Notes: generated by a model from the sequence alone, not told the origin. A stretch of 64,000 bases of DNA from Octopus vulgaris (GCA_951406725.2 OX597815.1:107384001-107448000); one strand, 5' to 3'. Numbered from the stretch's first letter, positions 13,136 to 27,661 are shown. A program made the numbers and translations.

Positions 13136-14324
13136 CCTCCTTAATTCTTCTGTCCCTCTGCTTCTACTTCTCTCTCTTCTCTTCTCATGTGACTGATGGG
13201 CCAAGCTTGCTCTGTCTTTCTTGGTCTGACCGTTGTTCATGCAACATCGATATTCTTCCCTGTGTTTGTGAAATTTTTGGATCTCTGCTGTACAGCTTCA
13301 TTTCCCCATGCGCCAGCTTAATTCAATTCTCTATTTTTTCATACCTACCCCATATTTTTGACCAAGGCTATACATACACTCATACACACACACAAACACA
13401 CATAAAATACGTATGTGTGTGTGTGTATGTATATATATATAAACTATCCAATCTATGCTGGCATGAGTTGGATGGTTTGGCTTAAAGCTGATACGCTGGG
13501 AAGCTGCACCAGGTTTCAATCTGATTTGGCATGGCTTCTACAGCTGGATGTCCTTCCAAACACCAACTACTCCATGAGTGTAGTAGGTGCTTTTTATGTT
13601 TCCCTGGCATACATGCCAGTTACGAAACACCAGCATTGGCCATGACTACAATCTCACTTGGCTTGACAAGTCTTCTCAAGCACAGTATATTGCATGTATG
13701 TATGTATGTATGTATGTATTGTTGAGAATAACTGTTTTCATATGCATAAACTCAATGAACATTGATGGAAAAAGTATAAGGCTTAATGTTTTCATAGAGA
13801 CTAATATATGGATTATAATTTATTTGACAGGGAATTCTGAATTTTGCTGGATCTATGACTTATTCAAACTTTTCTTTGCCTTCGTGCACAAGCACATAGG
13901 CATGCACGCATGCACAAGTGTGTGTGAGCATACATATGTATGTATGTGTGCGTGTGTGTGTGAGTATGTTTATGTATGTGTGTTTAGGTGTAGGAGTGAA
14001 AATGTGAAGGAAAAAAGAACTAAAGAAAATAAATAGTGAAGAAGAAACAGGACTTTCTTAAACCATCTGCTACCATTAAAGAAAAGAAAAAAATACTATT
14101 GACAGTCTAAACAAACATAAAAATTAAATCTGGGAAAAGAAAAATATAAAAAAAATATACTAAAACGTCAGTCATTGATTTTCTGGAAAGAAAAAAACCC
14201 CCAAAAAACAAAAAAAAAACAGTGGAATGGGAAATTTTGTCTCTGATTTGTTCTGTGTTTTACATTTTAATTAAATTTCCAAACTGGAGACAAAATGCTG
14301 AGCTCATGAACTTCTATATATTGA

Positions 14325-14860
14325 AAGAGTGAGAGTGACAGGAAAGGAAAGAAATTACAGTGAGAGATAGAGAAAGAGAGAGAAAGAGGGGGACAGAGAA
14401 AGAGGGGGACAGAGAAAGAGGAAAGGCTAGAGAGATGGAGGAATGAGAGAAAGGAATAGACAGAGTAGAGATGAGAGAGTATATGTGTAAGTGAAAAAGA
14501 GAGAGGGAAAGACAGAGAGAGAGAAAGAAGAGGGAAAGACAGAGAGAGAGAGTAGGAAAGAAAGCTGGAGAGTGAGGGAAAGGGGATGAGAGAGAACTGT
14601 ATTGGGAGAATTGGAGGAGAGGTAGAGAGAAGGGGATACAGAGAGAGATGATTAGAGTGAGGGATGAGAGAGAGAGAGTGTAAGTGAAAAAAGAGAGTGA
14701 GAGCAGAGAGAGCAAAAAAGAGTGTTGGAGGGAGAGGGAAAAAGAGATAGAGAGATAGATAGATAGAGAGACAGATAGATACATAGATAGATAGATAGAG
14801 AGATAAAGATAAAGAGAAAGTAGAGAGGTAAAATTAATAATTGGAAGTAGTAGTGGGAGA
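14325..14860. repeat. Polypurine (GA-rich) tract with (GATA)n
   Basis: About 500 bp almost only A/G on + strand. Confidence 0.9.
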
Positions 14861-15457
14861 GAGAATTATGGTGACAATATTCTATGATCAGATCAGTTGC
14901 TCTGCATCTGACTAGGAAACTTGCATTTTTGAGTTCCAGTCTAGATGGTGCCAAACTGGCCATACATTTATTTATTTATTTTTTTTTAGTATTTCTGAAA
15001 CAAGAAACTATCTTATCTATTATGTGCTTTATAGATATCACAATGATGTATGAAGGCCACCAGTGAGACTAATTCTTTCAGAAGTCAATATTCAGACTTG
15101 ACATATGACAGCTAGGAACATGGAATATTACTGATGCATCAAGCTCATAGAATTATTAGTGAGTTAGACAAAATGCTTAGTGGTATTTTCCCCAACTCTT
15201 GACGTTTTGTGTTCAAATTCTGCTGAGGTCGTCTTTGTTTTTCTATCATTTTGGAAGTTCCAGTTGAACACTGGTTGTGATGTAATTCACCCTTCCTTAA
15301 AATTGCTGGCATTATAGCAAAATTTGAAACTGTTATATCATTATTGGTGCATACAATGGGAGTTCATTTAACAGTGTAGCCCTTACTTAAATGGATGCAT
15401 ATGACATACATGTAACAAAGATGTAAGTGAAATACTAATGATAAACCAGTGTGTGTG

Positions 15458-15500
<43 letters not shown>

Positions 15501-16100
15501 TCTGTTATTTCTTGATTCAGTCATTTGACTGCAGCCATGCTGGAGCACCGCTTTAAAGGGATTTTAGTCACAGAAATCAACCTGAGGACTTATTCTTTGT
15601 AAGCCTAGGACTTATTCTGTTGGTATTTTTTGCCAGGTAGCTAAGTTACAGAGATGTAAATACACCAACATCATTGTCAAGCGATGGTTGGGGGACAGAC
15701 ACAAAGACACAGACACATAGATATACATATATATATGTGGTAGTCTTCTTTCAGTTTCCATCTACCAAGTGTACTCATAAGACTTTGGTTGGCCTGAGGC
15801 TATAGTAGAAGACACTTGCTCAAGGTGGCATGCAGTGGGACTGAACCCGGAATCATATGGTTAGGAAACAAGCTTCTTGCCATGCAGTCATGCCTGGGCC
15901 TATATATATATATATATATAATAATAAGGGTTTTTTGCAACAAGTTGCTTAAACCACATACCAAAAATATTAGAAATAGCAGCCAACAGACTACTATTTC
16001 CTTTTACTACAAAAATAAGTCTCCACATACAACAATATTTGTAACTCACATATGGCAAAAAAAGAAGAAAAACAATGAAATCACACAGTCTTCGGATTAA

Positions 16101-16168
16101 TTATGGATGTACGTTTCTGGATTAGAATCGTAAGGTTCATTTCCTTATCAACAAAATGTATCCCATAA
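16101..16168 (-). ncRNA. Candidate type I hammerhead ribozyme, U3-A8 core
   Basis: Minus: TTATGGGA..TG TTGATAA GGA..TCC A GAA ACGT A CATCCATAA; one extra A before GAAA. Confidence 0.45.
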
Positions 16169-16384
16169 ATCTAGAAATGCTAGGAAAACTTACCTTTTAT
16201 ATTTTCGACCAAGCGACATCGAAAGATATAAAGGCCAACCAGCATATCCACATTTATATAGACAAGTGTATTCGTATTTCCCTCCAGAATTCTACCACGT
16301 GAGTCACAAAATAGTACTGCCAAAAAAAAGATTCGTAGTTTTGTCGTAGGGGAGTAAAATATTTTATATCTCACCCTATATCTG

Positions 16385-16420
<36 letters not shown>

Positions 16421-16454
16421 AACTGGCACTCTGCCAATACAATGTTAAGCTTTC

Positions 16455-16740
16455 CAGTTGATCTGGTCAACATAACAGCTTGCTTGTGAAATTAATGTGC
16501 AAGTGGCCGAGCACTCCACAGACATGCATACCCTTAACATAGTTCTCAGGGAGATTCAGCATGACACAGGATATGACAAGGCAGGTCCTTTGAAATACAG
16601 GTACAATTCATTTTTGCCAGCTGAGTGGACTGGACCAATGTGAAATAAAGTGTCTTTTCTCAAGGACACAATTCGCTGCTGGGAATTGAACTCATGACCT
16701 TACGATCATGAGCCAAATAACATAACCACTAATCCACATG
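16455..16740 (-). mobile_element. tRNA-head SINE, family 3
   Basis: Minus head GTGGATTAGTGGTTA...GAGTTCAATTCCC (A/B boxes) then TGTGTCCTTGAG. Confidence 0.65.
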
Positions 16741-17326
16741 CATACATTATATATAAGTATATAAACAGACACAGAAGTCTGGGGCAGGCTCCTATCAAAT
16801 CGTCCAACCCATGCCAGCAAGGAAGGTGGACATATATATATATCTTGTACTTTCTTCAGTCATTGGACAGTGGTCACATTGGGGCATTGCTTTTAAGGGC
16901 TTAGTTAAACAAATTGACCTCAGCAATTATTTTTAGGTTTGGTACTGACACTATTGATCTATTTTGCTGGACCACTGATTTACAAGGACATAAACAAACC
17001 AACACCAATTGTCAAGCAGCGGTTGGGGGACAAAGGCAAATAAAATAACACTCACACACATTCTGTATATATGTATGACATACTTCTTTCAGTTTTCGTC
17101 TTACAAAATCCACTCACAAGGTCTGGGACTATAGTAGACGACACATGACCAAGACGCCCGGCAGTATGATTGAACCTGGAACTATTTGATCGGGAGACAA
17201 TTACTGTGTGTACACTATCAGCTGTTGCCCTGTACTATAGCTGGCTGAGGGTTGACCAATACTTTATAAGTGAAACTGGTTGATGGAAACTGAGGAATCC
17301 CATTGTAAATGTATATATATATATAT

Positions 17327-17615
17327 AAACAATTGCAGCATGGGAGGTGTTTATAAGCCATTTAAGAAACACACAAAAGCCATTAGATTCACTTCAACAT
17401 TTAAATTTAATTTGCCAAAATATTTTCGTCGCTTTGAGACAGCAACCTGTTCACTGACAAAATTCCATGCTGCACAGAATTTTGTCAGTGAACAGGTCGA
17501 GGTCTCAAAGCGACGAAAATATTTTGGCAAATTAAATTTAAATGTTGAAGTGAATCTAATGGCTTTTGTGTGTTTCTTAAATGGCTTATAAACACCTTCC
17601 ACGCTGCAATTGTTT
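17327..17615. repeat. Near-perfect palindrome, approx. 139-bp arms, 11-nt loop (17466-17476)
   Basis: Arms 17327-17465 and 17477-17615 are reverse complements; ORF track gives almost the same peptide on both strands. Confidence 0.95.
17481..17531 (+). ncRNA. Candidate minimal type I hammerhead ribozyme, G3-C8 core (mirror copy 17411-17461 on -)
   Basis: TTTGTCA GTGAACA G GTCG..CGAC GAA AATATT T TGGCAAA: stem I, core, stem II, palindromic stem III. Confidence 0.6.
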
Positions 17616-17714
17616 TTGTTCCAGCACAACATCTCAGATCAGGTCACTTACTATGCAAATACATCTCTCTCTCTCTATATATATATATATTTATATATAT
17701 ATAAATTATGAAGG

Positions 17715-18065
17715 TACATGGCTCAGTGATTAGAATGTCGAGCTTACAATCAGGAGGTTGGGAGTTTGATTCCTGGGCAAAGCACTGTATTGTGTTCTTG
17801 AGCAAGACACTCTGTTTCACGTTGCTCCAGTTCACTCAGCTGTGGAAATGAGTTGTGACATTACTGGTGCCTAGCTGTATCGGCCCCTTTGCCTTTCCCT
17901 TGGATAACATCTTTGGCATGGAGAGGGGAGGCTGGTATATATGGGCAACAGCCTGGTCTTCCATAAAAATAACCCTAGGTTGTGCGTTTGCCGGTGAGGC
18001 AACTCTCCACCCAGACTTGTACTCTGGAGGGAATCTCTTAGGTGCACCCATGGTCATTCATGAGC
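17715..18065 (+). mobile_element. tRNA-head SINE with distinct body
   Basis: TGGCTCAGTGATTAG (A box) and GAGTTTGATTCC (B box), then GTTCTTGAGCAAGACAC. Confidence 0.7.
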
Positions 18066-19201
18066 AACAGAGTCATAACAATATATATATATGGCAAAGG
18101 GAGATAATGAGCTACAGTTTTACCCTTAAAAATGAGGCTTTTCCCCCTACATATTTTAAAGAGATCTTAGGCCAGCAGCATTTGGGGTCTGGAGATATGC
18201 TGTAAGGCTAAACCCCTTATGAATGAGAAACCCAGGGTAACCCCATGAACCGGTCTATCCCATTATGATATTAACTGCTCTACATCTTAAAGCTTCTCCT
18301 CTGGATTTATGTATTTCTACAAATGATATATATTTGAATATATATATATAAGGAGAATTCACAAAAAAACAAAAGACAAAGATAGGTCGTGTAGACAACA
18401 AGCAGATGTTTTAGTTTAATGCTTGGGAAGTAAAAAATGTCTTTAATGTTTCGAGCCTATGCTCTTCCACAGAAAGGAACACAGAAAGAAAGAAGGAGAG
18501 AAAATAAAGAATGTGTAGTGGCTAGCATTTATCATGATGAATGCCAGACAGAGGGATCACACAGGAGAACTAGGAAGATGGGGATATATATATATATATC
18601 TGGAAATAGAATAACACAAATACACACGCAAATATTAAAAATGATACACTCAAGAGATTCCCAAGAATTCATTAAAAAACAGTCCCAACTTGATTATTTA
18701 ACACCTTACTACTTCCATATTACCTACATCCCTTCTTATTCTCCCTTCTCTTTCTTCTTCGTCTCCTTCCTCCTCCTTCCTAACTTTACCACTATTGCTG
18801 TTTAGAATAACACCTAGGCAAATTTTATAAACAAAACATTCAAAAGAGATGTTTCAGGAATTCAACAATTACTACTACCATCCACAGCAGGTCACTTGAC
18901 CATTCTACTACCATCCAGCTGGCAGTTGACCATTTAACATACTACTGTGATGGCACTCCCACATCCTCCTCGTTCTTCTTCTTCTTCTTCTTCTTCTTCT
19001 TCTTCTTCTTCTTCTTCTTCTTCTTCTTCTTCTTCTTCTTCCCTATCAAGAATTCACAATGAACTGGAACTCACAAGAGTAAACAAAAGAGACAGAGACA
19101 GGCAGAAACAAGGAAAATGCCACTTGTATTTGAACACTATGCAAATATTCTTTTAAAAAAAACTTTTCTTTTAATTTTTCCAAAATTTAATTCTTTTCCA
19201 T

Positions 19202-19247
19202 ACTTACAGTTGAAAAAGTCTCAATGACTGAAACCGGTACGGAAATG
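19202..19247 (+). ncRNA. Candidate minimal hammerhead, U3-A8 core, degraded stem I
   Basis: TTGAAAA AGTC TCAAT GACT GAA ACCGGT A. Confidence 0.5.
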
Positions 19248-19961
19248 TTTTTTCGAAAATTATTTTAGCATTTTCTATCTTGAATTTTTTTTGTACATAT
19301 ATATCAACTTGTGTTTTCCTTTTCAACTTTCTACATATATATATATGGCCTATGCCAAGGGCGTTACCAGCCCACTTATGCGTACCTTTCTTTCTTTGGA
19401 CACTAAAACTCTGCTTGCGAAGACCTGTTGAGGTCATAAATCAAAAATCAAAATCAAATCTGATAACTGGCGTCCGTGCTAGCAGGGTGCAAAGAGCACC
19501 CTACAAGTGTGATCATTGACAGAGCGGCTAACAGGCTTCTGTGCCAGTGGCACTTAAAAGGCACCATTCGAGAGTGATCGTTACCAGCGTCGAACTACTG
19601 GCACTTGAGCCCTGTGCTAGTAGGGTATTAAGAGCACCATCTGAGCGTGATCATTGCCAGAGCAGCTATCTGGCCTCTGTGCCGGTGGCACATAGAAAAC
19701 ACCACTGGTACCCGCGCCAGTGACATGTGTAAAAGATTCAAGCGAGGTCGTTGCCAGTGCCGCCTGACTGGCCCCATGCCAGTGGCATGTAAAAGCACCC
19801 ACTACACTCTCAGAGTGGTTGGTGTTAGGAAGGGCATCCAGCTGTAGAAACTCTGCCAGATCAAGATTGAAGCCTGGTGCAGCCATCTGGTTCGCCAGCC
19901 CTCAGTCATATGTCCAACCCATGCTAGCATGTAAAGCGGACGTTAAACGATGATGATGATG

Positions 19962-20024
<63 letters not shown>

Positions 20025-21624
20025 GTTTGTATGTATGTATGTATTTATTGGTTGTAAACAAAAGGTTTATTCAAACAGTGTTGCTTGCAATCGGTGTAAT
20101 TGTATCTGGGCTGTTCATAGTTTGATTTTTACTTTTGCAGATTCCCATGACTCTTTCCCACCATCCAATTTCATCATTATCAATTTGAATTGGAAGATTG
20201 AGTCATAATGAATCTTTCATTAGTTGATTACACAACCATGGATGCCATCCCTTGGGAATGTGTTGCAGTTACTCTCTTGACAGAGCTTGGTAATCCTGAT
20301 TGTTGATCTTCTATGGTTCCTTCACTCAGCATCAACATAAGAAGCATCACTGGCTCATTTCAGCTCTTCATAATCTCCCATGCTGCAGTCCCATGACTTC
20401 AAAGCAAGCTTGGCAGGGTGGCTGAATGGGTGCTATGCTTTGTCAAAGAGCAGCCTGTAACTATACAGGGCACGGTCGTCAGTCTATGAGGTATTTTCAA
20501 AATACCCACATACCCAGGGGTATGCAGGTATCGTTTGATAGACTAGGGGATAGTTACCTTTTTTGGCAACAAGTGTGAGTTGGTATCATGAAGGGGATCT
20601 AGCTGGGGGAAAACTATTCCCCAATATCATTTTATGTGATCTATGCAAGCACAGAGAAGCGGACCGTAAAAGGATGATGATGCTGATGATGCTGATGTGC
20701 TGCTGCTGCTGCTGATGATGATGTTTTATATACATTTATATCAATGTTTATGTGAATCACACTGAGATGCAAACAGGAGAAAAATAATTGTTAGACAATT
20801 CTGGAATAGTGACCTTTCTAGTAGTTAATTAAAACTAACCAGTGGGGGAAACCACAAAACAAAAGATGCAGACACACACACACACGTGCACACACATACA
20901 CATGAACACATACACGCATACATGCACATATACGCACACAAACCTATGCACACAAACATACACATATACATATATACACACTCACACATATACACACAAT
21001 ATATTTCTTTGCATGAATTTCGAAGGTGTAAGGCTAAGTAATAAAGAATTTTAATTATTGAATACAAAGTACCTCTCTATGATGCCAAACATAATCATTG
21101 GCATTTCTTTTTCCCTTGAGTAATTTCTATGACTCTGTTTATTGTAGTTCAACAGGTAATTTTCCTGGGCTTCTATGTTCTTCAATATATTTTTTAATTC
21201 ATATTTTTAACAGTCAACAAGTGAGCAATTTATTGAGACAGAAGCTTTACGCAGCTGACTAGACTAATTAAAAAAATTAAAAAGGCAGATAAATCATTTT
21301 AAAAAATCGTACTCTGTTTTTTTTTAATAATTTTTTAATATTTCTTTAAATACCACAGATTGGATAATATAGCTTTGGATACAGTGTGCCTGAATAAAAT
21401 AGTACTAGATACTAACAGTTAGTATACTTGATCAAGGGTGACCTATAACTATATAATAGCATTCTTCCTCCCAAATTCCTCACCTGATCTATTTTTAGAA
21501 TGTGAAAGCAAATACAACACTATGAAACATGAAAGGGAGAGAAAGAGAAAAGAAGAGCAAGAAAGGAATTTGTACCCCAAATAAGTTAACACAATTAGTA
21601 ATTAATCCTTTTTATTCTTTGGTC

Positions 21625-21775
21625 ACCATCATCATTATCATCATCATCATCATCATCATCATCATTGTCATCATCGTCATCGTCATCATCATCATCATCA
21701 TCATCATCGTTGTCGTCATCGTTGTCATCACCATCATCATCATCATCATCATCATCACTGCCACCATCAACATTT
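21625..21775. repeat. (CAT)n microsatellite, expanded RTE tail
   Basis: Directly abuts an RTE 3'-end fragment. Confidence 0.85.
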
Positions 21776-22159
21776 AACGGCTATCTTTCATGCTAGCATG
21801 GGTTGGATGGTTTGACAGGAACTTGCAAGGTTAGGGCTACACCAGGTTCCATAGTCTGTATTGGTTTGGATTCTACAGTTGGATGCCCTTCCTAATGCCA
21901 ACCACTTTACAGAGTATATTGGGTGCTTTTTACATGGTGCCATCACCAGTGCATTTTATGTGCCACCAGCACCAGTGCTATTTATATGGCAGCAGTACCA
22001 ACACCAATGCTTTTTATGTGGCACCTTGGTTTTTAGGATAACTATTTTGTTGTGGTGGGCAGATCTTCTCGAGTACAACAATACACCACATATCTCAGTC
22101 CTCTGTCTCCTTTGTAAGGCTCAACATTTTGAGATCAGCCTTCAATACTTTGTCCCATG

Positions 22160-22520
22160 TCCCGCTAAGGCGGAGGTATTATTTTCAGTCACATTTGTTT
22201 GTTTGTCCGTAGACAAGATATCTCAAGAACTGCTGGATGGATTTGGATGAAACTTTCTGTGATGTTTGGCCTCATAACTGGTATGAACTGATTAGATTTT
22301 GGGATTGATCTAGTACCAGACAAGGATTCTGGATTATTTTTCTATTTTTTTAATTCTATTTTTGAGAGCGGTCGGGTTCATTTTCAGTATTTTCATTTGT
22401 GAGAGCAGTCGAGTTTATTTCAGATATTCTCATTTTAAAAATTATCTCTGGCTAATCGATGAGAAGATGTTGGTGTTGCCTAGGCGGAGGTTTGCGCTCT
22501 CTGAGTTCTCTCGTTTCTAC
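22160..22520. mobile_element. Helentron/Helitron2-type non-autonomous element
   Basis: CCGCTAAGGCGGAGGT start; GGCGGAGGTTTGCGCTCTCTGAGT subterminal repeat plus small terminal hairpin. Confidence 0.55.
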
Positions 22521-22992
22521 TTGTTTATTATTGATTTTGGTATTTTTTTGCTCTGATATTTCCTATTCTCTTTTACTTGCTTTAATCCTCTAACTGCAGT
22601 CATGCTCAGGCACCATCTTGAAGAATTTAGTCAAACAAATTGACCTTAGAACTTAATCTTTTAAGCCTGGTACTTATTCTTTCAGTCTACTTTACCAAAC
22701 TGGTAAGTTAGGTCTGGGGTGGGATATAAACAAAGCAACACTGGTTGGCAAGCAATGGTAGGGGACAAACACAAAAATACATGTACATGGATATATACAT
22801 ATACTCTACTAAATGTATAGAGCAATCCTTCAATTCTAGGCAAAATTGTTTTTATTTTAACAAAAACAAACATTAATGCATAGATCTATATTTATTTATT
22901 AGTCTCTCTCTCTTATGTTCTCTCTCACTCTCTTTTATGTTCTCTCTCTCTCTCTCTCTTACAGTCTCTCACTCTCCCTCTCTCTATATATA

Positions 22993-23205
22993 CAGGGTGA
23001 CCAAAATGTAGGTTTACAGTTATTCAACTATCACTTTCACATTCATATATTAACAGGTTAAATCTTAATTATAAAAAAAATAGGGAACCATTATTCTATG
23101 CTAATTTAGTTAATTGTAAGCTAGAAATTTAAATGTAATAAAATGTTTTAAAAGAAATTTAAAGTGCCTACATGATAACTGTAAACCTACTTTTGGGCCA
23201 CCATC
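22993..23205. mobile_element. Tc1/mariner-type MITE
   Basis: TIRs CAGGGTGACCAAAATGTAGGTTTACAGTTAT / ATAACTGTAAACCTACTTTTGGGCCACC; TA flanks. Confidence 0.8.
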
Positions 23206-23668
23206 TATGTGTGTGTGTGTGTACGCTAAGAGTTCATGAATCAGTAAAAAAATGCTCTCGTATATCTGTCAATAGACTTGGTATATTAATTGAAGTCATC
23301 ATCATCATCATCATCATCATCATTTTTTAACGTCCGCTTTCCATGCTAGCATGGTTTAGACGGTTCAACTGGGGTCTGGGAAGCCAGAAGGCTGCACCAG
23401 GCCCAGTCTGATCTGGCAGTGTTTCTACAGTTGGATGCCCTTCCTAATGCAACCACTTCGTGAGTGTAGTGGGTGCTTTTTACGTGCCACCGGCACAGGT
23501 GCCAGACGAGGCTGGCAAACGGCCACAATCGGATGGTGCTTTTTACGTGCAACCGGCACGGAGACCAGACGAGGCTGGCAACGGCCATGATCGGATGGTG
23601 CTAATATTGTACACTTCAATTAACACACATGCACACACACAAACATGCACGCACGTACACACACACAC

Positions 23669-23699
<31 letters not shown>

Positions 23700-23901
23700 T
23701 TCTTTTATTCTTTTACCTGTTTCAGATATTTGACTGCAGCTATGCTGGAGCACTGCCTTTAGTCAAACAAATCAACCACAGGACTTATTCTTTGTAACCC
23801 TAGTACTTATTCTACCAGTCTCTTTTGCTGAACTGCTAAGTTACAGGGACATAAACACACCAACATTGGTTGTCAGATACACAAACATATACATACATAC
23901 T

Positions 23902-23946
<45 letters not shown>

Positions 23947-25658
23947 CAGGCCTGAGGCTTTAATAGAAGACACTAGCCCAAGGTGTCACATAGTAGAACT
24001 GAACCCAGAACCATATGGTTGGGAAGCAAGTTTCTTACCACACAGCCATGCGTGTGCCTGTAAATATATATATATATATAGGGGTCATTTTCTCGCATCT
24101 CCCCTTGTTAGGGAAAGCAGTGCCGTGTCTAAATAGATCTGCTTTGTCACTACTAGAAGACATGGACAGCACAGTTACTCACAAGTTCTGTGCTGGAATG
24201 GCCACCACCCAATGATTGCTGACTGAGTAGTGATCTAGCAAGAGACTTCCAGTAATATCCTTTACTTGTCCTTGCTGTTTTCACTCTCTTGCGAGAGGGC
24301 TTTTGATTTTTGCAAGTGGAAGCTCTGCTGCATTGAATGAATAAATGTAAGTTGTCAGAAAACCCACACATATGATTTGATTTAAGTGCTGAAGGCTTGT
24401 GTAGAACCAGCCACACTTTTTGGAAGTGATGTCAGCAAGAATATGGTGCACATATGTACCACAAACCCAAGAACAACACACCTCAGGCTATTTTTTCAGA
24501 CGTTTCCATCTCCTAAACAAACCACTATAAACAAGCTGAAGAGCATTGTCTACCCTATGAGTCAGAATTTGCTGATAGTACAACCCCGTTAAGGAGACCC
24601 TCAGCAATAAAAGACCAGGTTTTATAACAGAGTTTCTCTCTCCTAAGTGGGATGCCTACACCACGGTTAAGGAGCACCACCTGACTCCTAATATATGAAA
24701 TTAAATACATCAAATTTAAAATATCAATAAAATAAGATAAAACAGTATATACACATACACATATTGTTGGCTGGTCATTGACTACTGACAAGTTCCTCTG
24801 CCCTTTTGACAAGTTTTTATTTTTCGTCCTGCAGGGTGTCCAACAATCACCTTCCTCACCAAGTGAGCAAGCTTGGTAGGGTTGCTAGTTTAGTCCCCGA
24901 CAACCCAACCATGCAACAGGTTGTACTGGGTTACATGTATATAATATATGTATTTATGTATCATCATCAACATTGTTAAACGACGACAATGACGATGATG
25001 ATATATATATATGTGTGTGTGTGCATATTTATGTACACACACATAAATATGTATTCATGTAAATACATATATACATGCACACACACACATATGTATATAT
25101 ATATACACACACACACACACATATATATATACATACAGACAGACATATGTATATGCATAAATGCTCAGTACTTCTATTCTGTATTTTATTTATGGTGAGC
25201 CACCAATCAGTGCAACCACTCATGGTATGGTGATGGGAATATAATTAGAGATATCCATCTCTTGTCAGTTTGTAGCTTTCCCTTTTATGGTACCTGATGC
25301 TGAAGAAGCGATAACCACTCTGAAATGCCTGTATCTGTCAGTTTGGTCAGAGGGTGCTTTGAACTGATTTCGTGTGTTTACACCTCTCTGTTTACAGTAA
25401 GAAATTTTCCTCATGACAAAATACAGTGAATGGTTTTCTTATGGGTTTGAATATGCTTGAAGCATATTTGAACTGGTAACAAGTTTCTATTTAAACGTAT
25501 CACTGCTTAGCACTTCTAAACTCTGTGTGTGTGTGTGTGTGTGTTATAGTGAGACTAATCTGAGGATGCTGTACTTCACACCAAAAGCTGACAGAAAATC
25601 TGCCTCAACAAATTCTGTCTGACCTATGTAAACATAGAATTGTGGATATGAAATGATA

Positions 25659-25690
<32 letters not shown>

Positions 25691-26894
25691 AATGATGATG
25701 ATATCTTCTGTCATCTTTTGGTGTGAAGCACAGCATCTTAAGACCCAATCAGACTAATTTTTTTCTTGTCTTTCTCAGCTGTAGATTAACTTCCACCAAA
25801 ATCACATGCCAAAATTTTTCACCCAGTATTCATTTTCCATAAACATATCACATGTCCATATCGGTGCCATCATCTCTTCTGCCTATCTTCAATGATCTCT
25901 TTAATGTTTGTCCACACTCTCTCATCTTACTTTGTGCTCTGCCTTTCATGCTGCTTAATATTTAACGGCTCATGCTTGCTTCATTATTTTTTTCTAGTCT
26001 CTGTTTCTGCTAATCTTCAATATTAATTTTTTTGGCGGGGTTGTATTATTATCAGATTTTCAAGAAAACAAGGAAGAAGAAGAAGGAGATGCCTGTGATT
26101 TGTTATTCACCACCATACAATAATCAGGCCAACGTAAGAAACTCTAGGTGGTTGCTAGGCCTACAGGAAATAGCAACTCAAATATACAGCCTACTGTCTA
26201 AAAGGCAAAACAAAACAACTAACGAATAGCATGTAGCAAATAAGACATATTAAATAATGTAGTTAGTGCTAGAGAACTAAAAGAAAAACATGAGGAATGC
26301 CTTTGATCATAGGTCTGTTCAATCAGGATTCACCTAGAGCTACATAACAACAGCAGCAGCAACATCAATAACATAATCCCTGACATACCTGCTGTAGTTG
26401 ATTGTGTTTCAGCTAGCCAGTCATAAGGAGATAATACATTTTCTTCTCTGCCATAGTAACTATGTAACTGAGTAACTAAGTAACTAGCTTTGTATCTGTA
26501 TAGGCACTGATGTTTCCCGTGTCTTAGCTATAATCCCTCACGGGCCTGCTACTATCATCACTGCATCTCTTTAAAGGCTTTACTAACTGTAGTTGTCACT
26601 TAACCTCAGTGGCTAGGCCTGAACTACGCAGACTCAGACATACTGAACATACATTCATATATATGCGCATACATTCATGCTTGCGTACACGCATACATAC
26701 ATAACACATTCATATATGCATATATAAGCACATGTATTCATGCATGCATACATATATACATGCATACATTCATGTATGCATTAATACAGACATACATACA
26801 TGCATACATGCTTTAATGCAGATGAATATATGACTTGATATTTTTGCATGTGTGTGTGTGTATGTGTGCATGTGTGTGTGTGTGTGTATGTGTG

Positions 26895-26951
<57 letters not shown>

Positions 26952-27661
26952 TTCTATATTTGGTATGACGGTTTGGTGCTATGTGATGGACAGTAAACAA
27001 GGAGTACTACTGTGACGTTCTGTGAGTTTTGATGACGACGGTTTCAATGCTGTTGACTTTGGCTCATTCAAGGACTGCAAAATAGTTGACATAGTCTTCC
27101 CATTTGAAGTTCATAACTGACCAAACTATATGTAATGTAAAGACTTTAAATGATAATTTCCAGCTCTGGTCAAACCAACAGACCCATGCCAACCCGAAAA
27201 ACAGATGTTAAAGGATGATAATGATGATATGTATCATCATCATTGCTTAATGTCCTTATAATGTGCATTTCAAAGCTCTTCTATGGCTATTGGCTACCAT
27301 ATGCTATCATACACCAGGATTACTCCTTCTACTGGATACAAAGGTGAAAATCTGTTAATGTACACAGAATTCATACATAAATTATTGTTGAATGAACAGG
27401 CTTTAATCCAAATGACAACAATTGTTTCTGCACATTAACAACAGCTGTTAGTTACTGAGTTTTCCATATTATACATGTTATTATATAAATATTATATACC
27501 TGCACATAATTAGGTGAGTGACTTTGAGAGCACTAGTGCTGTTACTAATGCACAAAAACAGCTGTTGTGATTTGGATTAAAGCCCATTCATGTCATCTTG
27601 AATGATGAATTATATGCACATTCTTTTATTCTTTTATATGTTTCTGCCCTAAGGCCCTAAA

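Noticed and set aside
24386-24592. Possible Penelope ORF remnant (LRLFF...KLKSIVY)
   Set aside because: Similarity too short and weak to support by eye
25295-25336. CTGAAGA...GAAA hammerhead-like remnant
   Set aside because: Stem II poorly paired and cleavage position would be G
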